Both the position numbers and the translations under genes were made by a program. Shown one piece after another: positions 61,452 to 64,000 of a stretch of 64,000 nucleotides of DNA. Numbering within the stretch: the stretch's first letter is position 1; each line of letters starts with the position of its first letter. This DNA is from Podarcis melisellensis (taxonomy: Eukaryota), in assembly GCA_964234715.1 (NCBI GenBank), contig OZ174275.1. The stretch is one strand, 5' to 3'. The notes under the pieces were generated by a model, which had not been told where the DNA came from, ran no database searches, and saw nothing but the letters and a program-made list of their open reading frames with translations.

Positions 61452-62816
61452 AACAAGCTAAAATGGTTTTGCGAAACTTTGCAGCAAATTAGTGATAGAT
61501 GATAAAACTGCATGGGAAATAATTCTTGCATGTTTGCATAAAGGAGAGAAAGTTCTGTTTTTGACCCTTTCAAAAGGCTACAGAGAGCAGTGAGGTATAT
61601 GTATTTTACTACACTGTGCCTATTGATACATTTCAACCCCAGCCTCTGCTGTGCTCTCCTTTGGGAAAAAATCTTTAGGGGGGGGGGGAATTGTGACAGC
61701 TAGAAATAAATTCAGCCTTGCAGATGTTAGATTTGTGTTTTTTTAAAAGACCATTGCCATCTCCACGCCACCTGAATACCTTAAAAAAAGATGCTTTAAC
61801 ACCAGAATAAGGATTTGATGTCTAGTCATTTCTTCATAGCCATGTCTCTTTAAAGAAGACTTTCAATCATTAATGCATAAGTCAGTCAGCCAGACAGACC
61901 TTTTTAATAAGCAGTTGAAGAGCCACTGTCTTTAGCACATGAAGCTAACAAAAGGCTCATTAGTCAAATGAACAAAGAATAGTTTGAATATCAATGTCTT
62001 ATTTTAGAGGGAAACCTGCTCCACAAAAATTTCCATGCAGTCGCTTGACTGGAGTTTCTCTGTCCAACTTTTAATGCTCCGGACCCTACTTATGAAAAAT
62101 TGATGTTGAAGAAAATGTTGAAAGAATATATTCGCTGCATGTCATTTTAAGTGATGGGTCTTTACATTCAACAATCATTTAGAAAGTAGAAAATCTGCCT
62201 TGAAAGAATAAAAAAGTTTATTTCTTTTATTTTTTTAAAGGAAGCTCTTGCTCAACATATTCCCCTTTTGCTGTAGGATCATTTGTGAAAATGCTGAGGA
62301 AGTAGAAAATACATTTAAGAAATAAAACACCAGACTCTTGCATGGGATGACAACAATATGAAAAGAGTGCTCAGAAAGTGCTTTAGGTTTGGGGGCAGAC
62401 TTACACCACAGTAATGCTTTGCCGTTGCCTTTGGAAGCCACTTCAACTAATGATAATGCTAACAGCATTTTAAAACATGGGTGGAATCGCTCACCATTAG
62501 AACAGATGGTCAAAGGAAAGAGGAAGAATATTTAAGCTGTGCACAGCATTCAAAACTGGCAGCCCCTTTTTGAAACCACCTCAACTAAAAGCTACTTTTT
62601 AATGCATCTAAGTCTGCTTGACAATTCTTCATTTGACTCAGAAAAACCCCAACCTACAATTCTAGTTAAAAAAAATTCTCAAAACACAAAATTTTCCACC
62701 GTATCCCATTTAAAAAGCATTAACAAGGCATACTTCCTTTAGAAAGGCAGCCATGTTGTGGCAGGGAACAACCAGTTTCCAACGTGTGTGCAATAAATTT
62801 TACATAACTCTAGAGC

Positions 62817-63156
62817 AGGGGTTGAGAACCTCAGGCCTGAGACTCAGATACAGCCCTCCAGACCTTCCTTTCTGACTGTTGGAACTCTCCCTAGGCTACA
62901 TCCCTCGCTGGCCCTGATTTGCACCCCAGATATTTTTGCCTGGAAGTGTCCTCAGACTATGATGACGCTTCTTCCTTGGCTGGATAGAGAATGCAGAGCA
63001 GGTGTATGTGTGTGTGTGTAAATAAACTAGCCTGCTGTGCAAAGGTTAAGTTTATATTTGTTCCTCCACACTCTGTTGCCTCTGGCCCTACCTACCCCCT
63101 GGCATGTGGCTCCCAGAAGAGAATGTGGCCTGCTTTAGAAGGTTAGCAGACACTTG
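62817..63156 (+). mobile_element. hAT-like non-autonomous element
   Basis: Starts caggggttgagaacctcaggcc, ends aggttagcagacacttg; body shared with 43665. Confidence 0.6.
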
Positions 63157-63202
63157 TGTTGATTGACAGTATGGGAAACCTGACTGATTTGTGATGATTT
63201 AT

Positions 63203-63205
<3 letters not shown>

Positions 63206-63253
<48 letters not shown>
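63206..63253. repeat. (GA)24 microsatellite
   Basis: Perfect run. Confidence 0.98.
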
Positions 63254-63255
<2 letters not shown>

Positions 63256-63286
63256 ACTATACTCCAACTCAAGTAAGAGCCCTATA

Positions 63287-63528
63287 CAGTGGTACCTCGG
63301 GTTACATACACCTCAGGTTACATACGCTTCAGGTTACAGACTCCGCTAACCCAGAAATAGTATGTCAGGTTAAGAACTTTGCTTCAGGGTGAGAACAGAA
63401 ATTGTGCTCCAGCAGCACGGCAGCAGCAGGAGGCCCCATTAGCTAAAGTGGTGCTTCAGGTTAAGAACAGTTTCAGGTTAAGTATGGACCAGTGGAACGA
63501 ATTAAGTACTTAACCCGAGGTACCACTG
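63287..63528. mobile_element. Complete Tc1/mariner (Tigger/pogo-like) MITE
   Basis: Perfect 18-bp TIRs cagtggtacctcgggtta / taacccgaggtaccactg with TA target-site duplication. Confidence 0.93.
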
Positions 63529-64000
63529 TATAGGATTATAGGAAATGTATTTAAGGGTTATCCCCACCAATATTTGGACCAATACGACACAATTTAATAA
63601 CACTGATGTCAGCTAGCTATAGTTTATGGGAATCATAGCGTGAGATGGTTGGCGATATCTGAATCTAGTTAAACTAAATAAAAGGTCCCACACAAAGAGG
63701 TTTTGGTGTTGAAAGTGCTTGGTAAGCCATGCTTGTTTTATTTATCTTGGATGGAACTACACTTAATAGTCAACTGATGGGTGTAGTTCAGAGACTGAAC
63801 CAACTGCTGTGTGTCTGCCTTGCTAAGTCACACTGAGGACAATTGTCATTTTTCTGATTTTCTGTCAGCTCTGTTTAAATTCATTTGCTGTTGCTAAAAT
63901 CATCTAGGCTTGGCAGTGGAAGCTGACAACTGGATCCCTACAGTTTTTTAAAAATGGCTGATTAAAGCACTTGAAATCACTGAGGTAGACAGAGAAGTTA

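Overview
This is non-coding, repeat-rich vertebrate DNA. The repeat content (Sauria SINE/Squam1, Squam3-like SINEs, Bov-B, L2, CR1, hAT and Tc1/mariner MITEs) points to a squamate reptile, probably a lacertid lizard; this is inference from repeat families. I recognised no host protein-coding exon, tRNA, rRNA or CRISPR array, so the window looks like a large intron or gene desert with several enhancer-like unique blocks. The only real long ORF (27721-29412) is the reverse-transcriptase half of a young, 5'-truncated L2 LINE. That L2 sits inside one arm of a palindrome made of two head-to-head degenerate hammerhead-ribozyme motifs (Penelope-like pseudo-LTR relic). It landed at the would-be cleavage triplet, and the ATG of the hammerhead core supplies an in-frame start for the RT ORF. 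A second relic ribozyme (HDV-like fold) is at the 5' end of an RTE-like element at 1-482. There is also a 162-bp near-perfect tandem duplication, nested TE stacks, a GATA-site cluster, a consensus CTCF site and two assembly gaps. Repeat family names come from my recollection of consensus sequences and need RepeatMasker/Dfam confirmation.
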